Positions 31,125 to 41,195 of a stretch of 64,000 bases of DNA are shown here, in pieces; position 1 is the stretch's first letter, and each line of letters starts with the position of its first letter. Source of the stretch: an uncultured Spirochaetota bacterium (lineage in GTDB: Bacteria; Spirochaetota; Brevinematia; Brevinematales; JAOACQ01); assembly GCA_963835575.1 (NCBI GenBank), contig CAWIGG010000002.1:864001-928000 (forward strand), read 5' to 3'. The translations under genes and the position numbers were made by a program. The notes below the pieces were generated by a model, which saw only the letters and a list, made by a program, of their open reading frames with translations, searched no databases and had not been told where the DNA came from.

Positions 31125-32520
31125 GAGTTTTTGTCAAATGTTGTGTATGACATACCCTCTCATTTTTTTATGCTGCCTTTTTTACAAGCTCTCCGTTCTC
31201 AAAAACAGCGCCTTCCAATACAAGGCAAATCTTTTCATAACCTCTTAATTTTCTCCATCGCCTGGATGCCTTATCCAGTAATTTATAGACCATTATTAGA
31301 ATCGTTTCCCTGGTTCCGCAGCCTCTCATCTTTTTAGTTCTTAATCGAACTGTAGAGAAGGTAGATTCTATTACGTTTGTCGTACGGATATGTACCCAAT
31401 GTTCCGCCGGACAGTTATAAAATTCGATCATAAGCTCCCAATCTTTTTCTAAACATTCGACAGCTGCTGGATATTTAGGATTAAAAACCGCCTGGAATAA
31501 TTCAAAAGCTTTGATAGCATTATCCTTATCAGGAGCATTGCATATCTCATGAAGCATCTCTTTTGCCTTTGACTGTAATACTTTGGGCAGCTTGTTTAGA
31601 ATGTTCTTTATCTTATGAACCCAGCATCTCTGCCATCTGGATTCAGGATATACTTCTTTGGCTGCTTTCCAGAATCCAAGGCTTCCGTCTCCGATAAAAA
31701 GAATAGGACCTTTCAAACCTTTTTCTTTTAGGTTTCTTAATATCCCTAACCAAGTCTCGGAATTCTCTCTGTAACCTTCTTCAACAAGAATAATCTCCTT
31801 TTCACCATTCTCATTGGCTCCGATCATTACAAGAGTGCATAAACGGTCTTCGCTGCCCTGTACATTGAAGTAAATGCCGTCAACCCATATATAGCAATAC
31901 TTTTTATCGCTTAAATCGGATGTCCGCCACTCATCATATTCTTTACCCCATCCTTGTTTCATTCTGCTTATACTTGAGGCTGATAATCCTTTCGCTTCTT
32001 CACCAAGCAATCCTCTCAAGGCATTCTCCATATCCATCTCTGAGACTCCATAGAGATACAACAATGGAATGGCTTCCTCAATTCTCAGGCTTTTTCTCAT
32101 ATACGGCGGTACTATTAGGCTTTGAAAATTGTCGCCTCCGAGTCGGTTCCTTGTTCTCGGAATACATACATCAATAGCCCCTCCACCAATGAGAATCTGA
32201 CGGGCTTTATGATACCCATTTCTTACTATTGCCTTTCTCCCGTCTTCGATAGTTAAATGCTCTCTCTCCTGAAGAAACCCATTAATTTCATCTTCCAGAG
32301 CCTTCTTGATTATTTCCCTGGCCCCGATCCTTGCCAATTCTTCAAGACATAAAAATTCTACTGTTTCATCTTGATTAAAAGCCTGTAAGAGCTTAAAATC
32401 TTCGTTGTGCTTCGGCATATGGCGTATTCCTCCTTTTGTTTATTGTCGTAAATAAATTATAGAGGGTACGCCATCTTTTTTATAATATTTATTCCTATAC
32501 ACAACTTTCTATTATAACTC
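31125..32520 (-). mobile_element. IS256-family insertion sequence (1396 bp)
   Basis: Imperfect terminal IRs GAGTT...GTTGTGTAT; 8-bp target duplication GAGGAAAT at 31117-31124 and 32521-32528. Confidence 0.95.
31168..32418 (-). CDS. IS256-family transposase
   Basis: RNGY, WVDGIY, IGDGSLG, QRCWVH, RTTNVIES motifs. Confidence 0.96.
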   Translation of the reverse strand: MPKHNEDFKLLQAFNQDETVEFLCLEELARIGAREIIKKALEDEINGFLQEREHLTIEDGRKAIVRNGYHKARQILIGGGAIDVCIPRTRNRLGGDNFQSLIVPPYMRKSLRIEEAIPLLYLYGVSEMDMENALRGLLGEEAKGLSASSISRMKQGWGKEYDEWRTSDLSDKKYCYIWVDGIYFNVQGSEDRLCTLVMIGANENGEKEIILVEEGYRENSETWLGILRNLKEKGLKGPILFIGDGSLGFWKAAKEVYPESRWQRCWVHKIKNILNKLPKVLQSKAKEMLHEICNAPDKDNAIKAFELFQAVFNPKYPAAVECLEKDWELMIEFYNCPAEHWVHIRTTNVIESTFSTVRLRTKKMRGCGTRETILIMVYKLLDKASRRWRKLRGYEKICLVLEGAVFENGELVKKAA

Positions 32521-32637
32521 GAGGAAATTTCTTAATTCCTAAAAATCGATATTATGGTCGCTTGCGCCTTGTAATAATTTATAAAGGAATTTCTGAAATT
32601 GGCTCATAAGATGTAACCGCCATTTTTATACCAAATA

Positions 32638-32666
32638 AGTTTAAGATAATCAAAAGATTAAGTCAA
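32638..32666 (-). promoter_or_regulatory. Putative hicAB promoter with palindromic operator
   Basis: Minus strand TTGACT-17-TAAACT; spacer contains the TAATC-N4-GATTA palindrome (32647-32660). Confidence 0.6.
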
Positions 32667-32790
32667 GATGACGACTCGCCACTAATTGTTTTTGATTTTT
32701 AAAACTAAATACAGATGTTGTTCAGTAAGACAAAGAAATTGAATTGATGAAAATACTTGAGAATATTAGGAAGTTAACAAAGTCGCTGGA

Positions 32791-34227
32791 TTAATGTCCG
32801 ATTTTTTCAATGGAATAAGCGAGGTTCAGAATTCCTTCCTCGTCCAATAATCTGCCGATGATCTGAACGCCGAGCGGCAGGCCGTTCTTTGTAAATCCGC
32901 TGGGAACGGAAATTCCGGGTAACCCGGCCAGATTAATGGATATGGTGTAAATATCGGAAAGATACATCGCTATGGGATCATCCATTTTTTCACCGATTTT
33001 AAAAGCAGGGGTCGGTGAAGTCGGTCCTAATATATAATCGACCTTCTTGAAAACCTGATCGAAATCATTTTTAATAAGAGAACGTACTTTAAGGGCTTTT
33101 AAATAATAGGCATCGTAATAACCGGCAGAAAGCACATATGTGCCCAGCATAATCCTTCTTTTCACCTCGGTGCCGAATCCTTCGCTCCTGGTTTTTTTGT
33201 AGAGCTCCGACAGGCTTTTCGCATCAGCCCGCAGGCCGTATTTTATACCGTCATACCGTTCGAGGTTTGAGCTGGCTTCCGCCGTCGCGACTATATAATA
33301 GGTAGGGACGGCATAATCTGAGTAGGGAAGGCTGATGTCGATAATTTCAGCGCCTCTATTTTTCAGCTCTGATATTACTTTTTTTATGTTGTCTTCCACT
33401 TCTTTGTCCATTCCGCTGATAAAATACTCTTTCGGAATGCCGATTTTTAAACCTTTGATGTTGTCTTTCAAATTAAATTCTTTTTTTGCTATATCAAGGC
33501 TGGTTGAATCTTTCGGATCATAGCCGGTTATAGCGGATAATAAAAAGGCCGAATCTTCCACATTCCTTGTTATAGGCCCTATCTGGTCAAGCGAAGAGGC
33601 AAAAGCAACCAGGCCGTACCTGGAAACAAGGCCGTAAGTCGGTTTAAAACCGACTACACCGCAAAGAGACGCGGGCTGGCGGATTGATCCGCCGGTATCG
33701 CTTCCCAGGGCGGCCGGAGCCAATTTTCCCGCGACAGCGGCCGCGGAACCCCCGGATGACCCGCCCGGTATCCTTTCTCTATCATAGGGGTTGCGTGTAA
33801 TTCCGAAATATGACGTTTCTGTTGAAGAACCCATGGCAAACTCGTCCATATTGGCTTTTCCAATCGGTACCATTCCATTCTCAAAAATAAGCTTTTCAAC
33901 TACAGTGGAGTTATAAGTGGCATTATAATTCTGCAGTATTTTTGAGCCGCATGTTGTCGGGACGCCTTTTATGTTCATATTATCTTTTATCGCGATGGGT
34001 ATGCCCGTAAGCGGTGTATGATTGCCTTTAGCGATACGCGCATCAGCTTTTTTAGCCGCTTCTAAAGCATAATCTTTTAAGACATTAATATAAGCATGAA
34101 CAGGCTTCGTTTGTTTTGCATCGTTTTCAATCGCTTCCAGATAGGCTTTGGTAATTTCCAGTGAAGAAAGCTTTTTTCCGGAGAGTAATTGAGAGAGTTC
34201 TTTAAGGCTTAAATCCGGTATATTCAT
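32791..34227 (-). CDS. gatA: Glu-tRNA(Gln) amidotransferase subunit A
   Basis: [48 protein letters not shown]. Confidence 0.97.
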   Translation of the reverse strand: MNIPDLSLKELSQLLSGKKLSSLEITKAYLEAIENDAKQTKPVHAYINVLKDYALEAAKKADARIAKGNHTPLTGIPIAIKDNMNIKGVPTTCGSKILQNYNATYNSTVVEKLIFENGMVPIGKANMDEFAMGSSTETSYFGITRNPYDRERIPGGSSGGSAAAVAGKLAPAALGSDTGGSIRQPASLCGVVGFKPTYGLVSRYGLVAFASSLDQIGPITRNVEDSAFLLSAITGYDPKDSTSLDIAKKEFNLKDNIKGLKIGIPKEYFISGMDKEVEDNIKKVISELKNRGAEIIDISLPYSDYAVPTYYIVATAEASSNLERYDGIKYGLRADAKSLSELYKKTRSEGFGTEVKRRIMLGTYVLSAGYYDAYYLKALKVRSLIKNDFDQVFKKVDYILGPTSPTPAFKIGEKMDDPIAMYLSDIYTISINLAGLPGISVPSGFTKNGLPLGVQIIGRLLDEEGILNLAYSIEKIGH

Positions 34228-34229
34228 AA

Positions 34230-34895
34230 TTAAGAATGATCTCCTTTAAAAGTTTTGATCAGATTGCTTCTATGCCTTATTAAGAGTAATACTGCAATAA
34301 AGATAGTAATAATTAAAATGACAATTCTATTCGGTTCCAGGAAAAAAGTTGAAAATGGCAGAGTGACAGCGGCAATGCTGGAGGATAACCCGACTCCTTT
34401 TTGAAGGTCTTTAAAAAATCTTTGCCCTTTCTTATCCGGTTCCGGCATCCGGGATAACGCGATTCCCCGGGCCGTAAATAAAACAATGAGGAATGCTATT
34501 CCCCCGATCAACGCTTCAAAAGGAGCAATTAATAGAAATACGCCGAGTGTCGTTGCCACGCCTTTTCCACCTTTAAAGGCGAGATAAACCGGGAACATAT
34601 GCCCGATGATCGCCATTAATCCGACAACAACCAGGACAATATCCTGCGGAATAGGGCCTTGAATGAATATTCTTGAAAAATAAACCGGCAGAGCGCCTTT
34701 TAACAGATCGAGCAGAAATACAGGAAGAAAACCGCCGACAAAGCCGAATTGCCTGCTGACATTGGTTGCTCCGATGTTTTTAGATCCGACTTTCCGGATA
34801 TCCACGCCTCTTAACAGGGAATAGAGGAGGCCGAAAGGAATAGCGCCAATTAAATAAGCTGAAATTGAGAAAATAATAAGAATTATTATATCCAT
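34230..34895 (-). CDS. plsY: Glycerol-3-phosphate acyltransferase PlsY
   Basis: [31 protein letters not shown]. Confidence 0.95.
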   Translation of the reverse strand: MDIIILIIFSISAYLIGAIPFGLLYSLLRGVDIRKVGSKNIGATNVSRQFGFVGGFLPVFLLDLLKGALPVYFSRIFIQGPIPQDIVLVVVGLMAIIGHMFPVYLAFKGGKGVATTLGVFLLIAPFEALIGGIAFLIVLFTARGIALSRMPEPDKKGQRFFKDLQKGVGLSSSIAAVTLPFSTFFLEPNRIVILIITIFIAVLLLIRHRSNLIKTFKGDHS

Positions 34896-35303
34896 AAAGA
34901 TATCCTTTAAATAATTATTTTCTGGTTGATATATTATAATTTCGCATTAAACCCGAATGCTTTAGAAAAATTATATAAGAAAAGTAATAAAATTTCAATT
35001 TTAGGCATTTTATCAACCAATGTATGGAAAATGAAATAATAATTCTATTCAAAATAAAAATGTGAATCAGATATGAACTTAATAAATTAAGTTTTTATGG
35101 AAAGAAATTGCTCAGTTTCAGATAAACAATTGTTATGACGACAGGATTGTTTTATTTTTTCACGGTTTTATGATACACTAATTGAGATAAAATATAATAT
35201 AGAGCGATTTTTTTCAAAAGCTTATTAATCTGCAGCTTTATACACTATAGATAAATATAAAATAAATCGCTCTGTTTAGGAAATTATTATCAGAGGAAAT
35301 TTT

Positions 35304-36278
35304 ATGAAAGACAGGCAGAAAAAGATGTTCATCAACATGCTGATTTTATTTATTCTGCTCATTTTAATCGGTTCTTATTATTTATTCAGTATATTGCCTC
35401 ATGAGAAATTAAAAGAAACTGAAGGTAAAGTTTTTCTCTTACCTCATTTTTCAAAAGAGAGTGTTGCGGGTCTGAATATCTGCTATAATAATGTCTCCAA
35501 CAAATATCTGACGGTTATCGATTATATTTCGAATCAATGGGATATAACAAAACCGAAATTATACCAGGCGAATGATGAAGCGGTTTTACGGATTTTGAAT
35601 GATCTTCCCGGTATTAAAAGCGAAAGGTTGTTAACAAATGTAACTATTGATCAGCTAAAAGAATATGGATTTAATAACCCTTCAATAACATTGGAAATAC
35701 GCTTTTCAGATTCTCATGAAATAGAAATGTTAGTCGGTTCAAAAACCCCTGCTGAAGATTTGTCCTATGTTATTATAAGTACAAATTCAAATAGCGTATA
35801 TCTGGTATATGATTATAAATTTTCCAGTCTGGAGAAAACAGGTGATGAGTTCAAAAATACAGAGATATTTAACCAGCCTTTGCAGACAATTAATTTTGTT
35901 GAAATAAAAAAAGGACCGGGGATTTTATATCAGTTTTATATTGATCATAATAAAAATAAAGAAAAGTGGGTTATGATAAAGCCTGAAAAAAAAGAAATTA
36001 ACCCTGATTCTTTAAAAGAAAAAATGATGGATCTTTATACTATTAATATTCAATCGTTTTATGATTCTGATTTAAATTATAACGTTTTAAAGAAGTTCGG
36101 TTTGATCAATCCTTTTTATACAGTCAGAATCGCTTCAGATGATTACACCAACCGGCTGCTGATTGGCACTAAAATTAGCAATAATATCTATGCGGCATTC
36201 ATTCCGGAGAAAGAACAAATCATTTTTATTGATTGCAGCGATTTGATTGATAAAATGAACTTTGGCTTAACTGATTAG
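35304..36278 (+). CDS. DUF4340-like membrane-anchored protein
   Basis: N-terminal TM; two repeats with W.I.KP and YGF..P/FGL..P motifs. Confidence 0.65.
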   Translation: MKDRQKKMFINMLILFILLILIGSYYLFSILPHEKLKETEGKVFLLPHFSKESVAGLNICYNNVSNKYLTVIDYISNQWDITKPKLYQANDEAVLRILNDLPGIKSERLLTNVTIDQLKEYGFNNPSITLEIRFSDSHEIEMLVGSKTPAEDLSYVIISTNSNSVYLVYDYKFSSLEKTGDEFKNTEIFNQPLQTINFVEIKKGPGILYQFYIDHNKNKEKWVMIKPEKKEINPDSLKEKMMDLYTINIQSFYDSDLNYNVLKKFGLINPFYTVRIASDDYTNRLLIGTKISNNIYAAFIPEKEQIIFIDCSDLIDKMNFGLTD

Positions 36279-36290
36279 AGAGTAATAATA

Positions 36291-36881
36291 ATGGAAATAG
36301 AATTGGCTAGAAGCCTGATGAATCTATTCTTTCAGGCGCCGGCTGCTCATGGTATTCTTGTTTTTGAAGATAATGATTATCTTGGGGTTGTTTTAAAAAG
36401 AGATATTGAAATCGGCATTATGGAAGGCAGTTTCAATCTATTTGAAAATATAAATATGATCAAACTCAATCAGCTGACCCAGGTGGTTTTTAAGAATCAA
36501 ACATCAAAAAATCTGCAGGTTCCCGTAATAGACAAGGCCGGCAGCCTCATGCGGATTATTTCATTTGAGGAATTCCAGTGTCAGTTTTATTTTGATGAAT
36601 ATACCCCTCATTTTAATATACAAAATGTACTGGATGAACTTGAGCATCCTCTGGTCATAACCAACCATTTTAAAAAAACGATTTATGCCAATAAAAAAGC
36701 AATGGAAATGCTTGAATGCGATATTGAAGGGAAAAATTTCTCAGAAATATTAAAGCATTTTGAGATCAAAACAATAGGTACTTTCATGCTTATCGAGAAT
36801 TGTAAACATTCTTATAATCTTATCATCAGCCATTCAGAAACAAAACATTTTTCCTATTTTGTTTATTTGTTTTTGAAATAA
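36291..36881 (+). CDS. Hypothetical protein (CBS-like N-part, PAS-like C-part)
   Basis: YLGVV..RDI, VPVID..G; VLDELEHPLVIT...IYANKKA. Confidence 0.5.
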   Translation: MEIELARSLMNLFFQAPAAHGILVFEDNDYLGVVLKRDIEIGIMEGSFNLFENINMIKLNQLTQVVFKNQTSKNLQVPVIDKAGSLMRIISFEEFQCQFYFDEYTPHFNIQNVLDELEHPLVITNHFKKTIYANKKAMEMLECDIEGKNFSEILKHFEIKTIGTFMLIENCKHSYNLIISHSETKHFSYFVYLFLK

Positions 36882-37320
36882 AGATCGGCCGACAAAGCGG
36901 TTTATTTGCAGAATGAAATCAAAAATTCTAGGTCCGGGCCGTGACATCACATCCTCATTTACAAATATTATTCTTGGGTTGATTTTCAATCTTTGAAATC
37001 TATTCTGCAGAGAATTTAATTCTTTTTTAAAACGGTCAGCAATGAATATTACATCCGGATTTAAACGGATCAGTTCTTCTTCATTTATGAGAGGATAGTG
37101 GACTTGTGAAACAATAGGGTTATCAAAACCAGCTTTTTCTAAAACATCGCCCAGGAATGTATATTTTGATGCGCTATAGAAAGGATATAAGGAAATTAAG
37201 ATAACAGCTTTCTTTTTATGAGCAGACTTTTTAATTGTTAATAATTTATAATTAATATTTTGAATTTTCTTTGTAATATCTGCATTTAAAAAATTCCCTA
37301 AAAAAATTATATTACTAATT

Positions 37321-38616
37321 GAGACCTTTGCACGGTAAATTGATAAAAAGGAGTGTATAATTTCAATATATGCCATAATATACTGTTAGGGGAGAGGTTA
37401 ATATGGCGATAAAAACAAAGCCTGACGGTTGGGCAGATTATGAGATCAATTCCCGAAAGCAGAAAGGCATCACATTTTTAGACCAAGTATTAATACTGAT
37501 CGACTGGACAAAAATCGAGAAGATAATCCGTAAGAAATACAAGAAGTACTTTAATGCGGTAGGGAGCCCTGCTTATCCGAGTCTTGTGATGTTTAAAGTT
37601 CTACTTTTACAGACATGGTATGATCTCTCAGACCCTGTGACAGAAGAATATCTGCTCAACTGGATACCAGCGTCACGCTTTGTAGGCTTATCGCTTGCAA
37701 GTGATGTGCCTGATCACAGTACAATTTGCAGGTTTCGAAATGAATTGAAGGAATTGGGAGTTTACGAAAAGCTCTTTAACGAAATCAATCGCCAGTTAGA
37801 GGAACAAGAGTTACTAATTAAAAAGGGTGCGATTGTAGACGCTACAGTGATAGAGTCGGCAAGACGACCGCGAAAGGTAGTGGAAACGGAAAGTATTCCT
37901 CTAGATCGCAAAGAGGAAGAAAAAGCAGAAGCTTCCAATCCAAATATAACTTACTCTGATGACACAGACGCGAAATGGCTGGTCAAGGGGAAAAAAGTTG
38001 TTTATGGTTATAAGTTGCATATGGCGGTAGACGATCAGAACGGATTTATTCTTGGAGGTCATGTAACAAGCGCGAATATTTCAGACATGAACGAAATAAA
38101 ACAGGTTGTAGAAGAAATTGGATTAAAGGAAAAATCATCAGTAGCAGCAGATAAAGGATATGCAAGCCAGGAAAATCGGGACATGCTTAAAGAAAAAAAG
38201 ATGAAAAGCAGGATTATGAGAAAAGCGGCTCGAGGCTGGGCTTTGACAGAACGAGAGAAGATATTCAATCGTTTAATCAGCGGGTTTCGCTATATTGTAG
38301 AACAGACAACCGGCATACTCAAACAACACTACGGTTTTAAGAGAATGCGTTATCTGGGATGCGAGAAAGGAGAAATGGAGTTTTATTTAAAAGCAATGGC
38401 ATTAAATTTAAAAAAAGCGGCAAGAATATGTTTTGAGGTATAGGGTGAACTGCGCCCAAAAGCCCTTTTTCAGCGGGATAAAGCTGAAAAACACCTGGAA
38501 ATCCTTAATGTTTCGGGTTAACGGTGATAGAAATCATCAAATTCTATGCTAAATCTGAATTTAAATTTTTTATCCGGGACGGATAGCAGGGGATTAGTCA
38601 ATTATGCAAAGGTCTT
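37321..38616 (+). mobile_element. IS5-family insertion sequence (1296 bp)
   Basis: Terminal IRs GAGACCTTTGCA / TGCAAAGGTCTT; TAATT direct repeats at 37316-37320 and 38617-38621. Confidence 0.95.
37403..38443 (+). CDS. IS5-family DDE transposase
   Basis: LLQTWYDLSD, PDHSTICRFR, IVDAT, GYKLH, ADKGY, RYIVE..G.LK. Confidence 0.95.
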   Translation: MAIKTKPDGWADYEINSRKQKGITFLDQVLILIDWTKIEKIIRKKYKKYFNAVGSPAYPSLVMFKVLLLQTWYDLSDPVTEEYLLNWIPASRFVGLSLASDVPDHSTICRFRNELKELGVYEKLFNEINRQLEEQELLIKKGAIVDATVIESARRPRKVVETESIPLDRKEEEKAEASNPNITYSDDTDAKWLVKGKKVVYGYKLHMAVDDQNGFILGGHVTSANISDMNEIKQVVEEIGLKEKSSVAADKGYASQENRDMLKEKKMKSRIMRKAARGWALTEREKIFNRLISGFRYIVEQTTGILKQHYGFKRMRYLGCEKGEMEFYLKAMALNLKKAARICFEV

Positions 38617-39069
38617 TAATTATATCTGTCACATTATGTTCTTTGAGTGTAATGACTTTTATACCGAGAGATTCCAACCGCTCAATTTGATCTTTAGAAT
38701 TACCTGAATAGGATGCTATAACCAGATCAGGTTTCAAAGACACAATTTTTTCTATATTAATACTCCAGATATCTCCTATTTTAGGTAAAAGTAAAGCATC
38801 TGATGGATAGCTGCAAGCAGTTGTGTCAGCTATTAAGCGGTCACCTTTTCCAATAAAATACAGCATCTCAGTCACATTCGGGGCTATACTGATAATCCTG
38901 TTATTTTCCGCATAAGTAAATGAAAAAAAGAATATAAATATAAGAAAATATTTCATGCTTTTTAAAATTATTCTTTTTCTACGTTTATTGTTCATAATTA
39001 TTATTATATTTTTTATTTTGAACTTTGTATAGAAAGAATAGCTTTATTTTATAATTAGATATAAATAGT

Positions 39070-39100
39070 GAAACCCTCCCCGGGGGTTGGGGAGGGTTTC
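39070..39100 (-). other. 12-bp GC-rich hairpin with C-rich loop (candidate sRNA element or terminator)
   Basis: GAAACCCTCCCC-AACCCCC-GGGGAGGGTTTC on the minus strand. Confidence 0.65.
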
Positions 39101-39140
39101 TGAAAAAAATGTATTTTAAGGGGGCTTTGTTTTATAATGG

Positions 39141-39155
39141 GCAATTAATGTGCCA
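39141..39155 (-). promoter_or_regulatory. Sigma-54 (RpoN) -24/-12 promoter
   Basis: Minus strand TGGCAC-ATTAA-TTGC, an exact consensus match; intergenic; AT-rich spacer and TGCAC/GTGCA boxes upstream. Confidence 0.7.
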
Positions 39156-39322
39156 TTTTCTCAAAATGATTAGATAATCATATGCATTATATATAAATAA
39201 AATATAATTCAATTTTTATTATGATAAAAATGCACAGTTCATAATGCACAATCATATACTGTGTGATGTGCATTGATTTAAAGTAAGCGCAATATAAGTC
39301 GATATTTTAACAAGAGGTTTAA

Positions 39323-40060
39323 ATGACAAGAATTATTATAATATTAATTCTTTTATGTTGTTCAGTTATTAATCATGCTGACGAAATACAATTCATATTA
39401 AAAGATATTGTTTATATAAAAACAAATAAAATATCCTTTAACGATTTGTTGGGAAATGATTTAGGACTAAGTTCAGAATTTCAGATCATATCAAATCAAT
39501 ATTTCTCAAATTATGAAATATCACGCTTATTAAAGCAGCAATATATCAAAGAAGTAATTTTAATTGGAAAAGGTGTTCAAGTAGAATGGATAAATCAATT
39601 TTCAAGCTTGAACAATATTAAAAATTATTTATTAAATACTTATCCGGGTATAAATATTCAAAAAGTTGATTTTTCAGATATAAGTTTTCCTGAAGAATTT
39701 AAAATTCAAAATTTAAAAAGCGAATATGAAAACAATTATATTAAAATACAGGCTGAATATTTATATTTTATTGGGAATAATGGAATTACAACCAATATAA
39801 AATTTGAATTAAAATATTATGGAAGCGATATAAATATATATCAAAAAAGTATTTCTCAATTCAATAATTCTTATGATTATATTTATCTTGAACATATTGA
39901 TAGAGGTATGGCGGATCTCTCATATAAAAAAGGCGATATTTTCATTACTATGAAAGTAAAGATAATGAGAAAGCTTGAGGATAATTACTATCTTGTCGAA
40001 AATAATAAAAGCGGAAAAACATTCAAGGTGAAATTGAAAGAGAAAACAGAGGAATTATAA
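39323..40060 (+). CDS. Exported hypothetical protein, possibly a divergent FlgA-like P-ring chaperone
   Basis: Signal peptide; coupled to flgI; C-terminal VENNKSGK resembles the FlgA end. Confidence 0.4.
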   Translation: MTRIIIILILLCCSVINHADEIQFILKDIVYIKTNKISFNDLLGNDLGLSSEFQIISNQYFSNYEISRLLKQQYIKEVILIGKGVQVEWINQFSSLNNIKNYLLNTYPGINIQKVDFSDISFPEEFKIQNLKSEYENNYIKIQAEYLYFIGNNGITTNIKFELKYYGSDINIYQKSISQFNNSYDYIYLEHIDRGMADLSYKKGDIFITMKVKIMRKLEDNYYLVENNKSGKTFKVKLKEKTEEL

Positions 40061-41076
40061 TGAATAAAATAAAAACGTTTCTTATTTTTTTATTTTTATT
40101 TTTTATCACACAATTATTTTATGCCACAGCGGTGGATTTAAGAAATATTCTTAATATTGAGGGTTTCCAGGAAAATCCTCTTCTCGGTTATGGTGTTGTT
40201 GTTGGTTTAAAAGGAACAGGGGATAGCGACAGCGGTACTCAGACCAAAGAAATTATATCAAGAATAGCAAATAATTTTGGTTTTAAAATTAATGCGGAAA
40301 AAATTAAACCCAAAAATTCGGCTGTTGTACTGGTTAGCGCACTTATAACGCCATTCTCTCAACCTGGATCCAAGATTGATGTTAAGGTTTCTTCCATCTA
40401 TGATGCAAAATCTCTGGAAGGGGGAGAGCTTATTATTACTCCTTTAATTGCAGGAGATAATGAGATCTATGCTATTGCTCAGGGCAGCATTATGACTGAG
40501 AGAGCCTTAAGAGGCGTTATCGGGAATATTTCACAGGGCGCAATCATTCAAAAGCAGATTGAAAATAATATTGTGGATTCCAATAATAATATAACTTTCA
40601 TAGTCATGGAATCTTTAGGCTATAATGCTATTAATAAAGCAGTGGATGCGATCCGTCAAAAATATCCAGATGGGGTACAGGAAGTTTCATACAACAGGAT
40701 AAAAGTAAAGGTTCCTCAAGAAGAGGAAATTTATAAATTCATTGATAATATATATAAAATAAATGTTGATATTGAAGAAGAGCCGAGTGTTCTGGTGGAT
40801 TCTAAAAACGGAATTCTTATTTCAGGAGGCAATGTTCTTCTTTCCGAAGCAGCAATTTCCTACAACGGCATAAAATTAGAAATAGGCGGAGAAAAGAGCA
40901 AATCAGGTGAGAACCAGAAAAATGAAGACAATGTTAAATTATTAAAATCAACTTCAACAGTCCAGGATTTGGTCAACAGTCTCAATCAAACAGGGTTTTC
41001 AGGAAGTGATATTGTAAAAATACTGCAGCTACTGTATAAAAACGGCAATTTAAAAGCCCGTCTTATAGTACAATAA
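40060..41076 (+). CDS. flgI: Flagellar P-ring protein FlgI
   Basis: NPLLGYGVVVGLKGTGD, KNSAVVLV, DVKVSS..DAKSLEGG, YAIAQG. Confidence 0.9.
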   Translation: MNKIKTFLIFLFLFFITQLFYATAVDLRNILNIEGFQENPLLGYGVVVGLKGTGDSDSGTQTKEIISRIANNFGFKINAEKIKPKNSAVVLVSALITPFSQPGSKIDVKVSSIYDAKSLEGGELIITPLIAGDNEIYAIAQGSIMTERALRGVIGNISQGAIIQKQIENNIVDSNNNITFIVMESLGYNAINKAVDAIRQKYPDGVQEVSYNRIKVKVPQEEEIYKFIDNIYKINVDIEEEPSVLVDSKNGILISGGNVLLSEAAISYNGIKLEIGGEKSKSGENQKNEDNVKLLKSTSTVQDLVNSLNQTGFSGSDIVKILQLLYKNGNLKARLIVQ

Positions 41077-41140
41077 AATTGTTGTCATAAGAAAAATCAA
41101 ATATCCTATCACCTTTGAACAAAAAAGAATCATCGTTAAT

Positions 41141-41169
41141 TTGACAAAATGAACGTAAGAATTTAATAT
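41141..41169 (+). promoter_or_regulatory. Putative sigma70 promoter of the rplU operon
   Basis: TTGACA-17-TAATAT. Confidence 0.6.
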
Positions 41170-41195
41170 AATAGCCTGATTTTTTATTTTATTGA

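Larger units (their letters stand above)
30943..32607 (-). pseudogene. hicA: HicA toxin interrupted by IS256 and an amber stop
   Basis: Rejoined: MSQFQKFLYKLLQGASDHNIDF*ELRNFL|LHLGFEEKIKGSHHIF...AKAYQVRQV; TAG at 32541-32539. Confidence 0.9.
36834..38995 (-). pseudogene. BtuF-like helical-backbone ABC substrate-binding protein split by IS5
   Basis: RIISIAPNVTEML, NIEKIVSLKPDLV ... LNPDVI, SRPGPR; removing the IS and one TAATT gives in-frame ...NVTDII|SNIIFLG... Confidence 0.9.

Noticed and set aside
12740..32541. TAG recoding (alternative genetic code) explaining the two in-frame ambers
   Set aside because: TAG ends intact genes at the expected places (ruvA, hicB, first HEPN, DPM1-GtrA), and both affected loci have other lesions
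38996..39140. Cobalamin riboswitch upstream of the BtuF-like gene
   Set aside because: No B12-box or GGGAA core motifs; the region is too AT-rich apart from one hairpin
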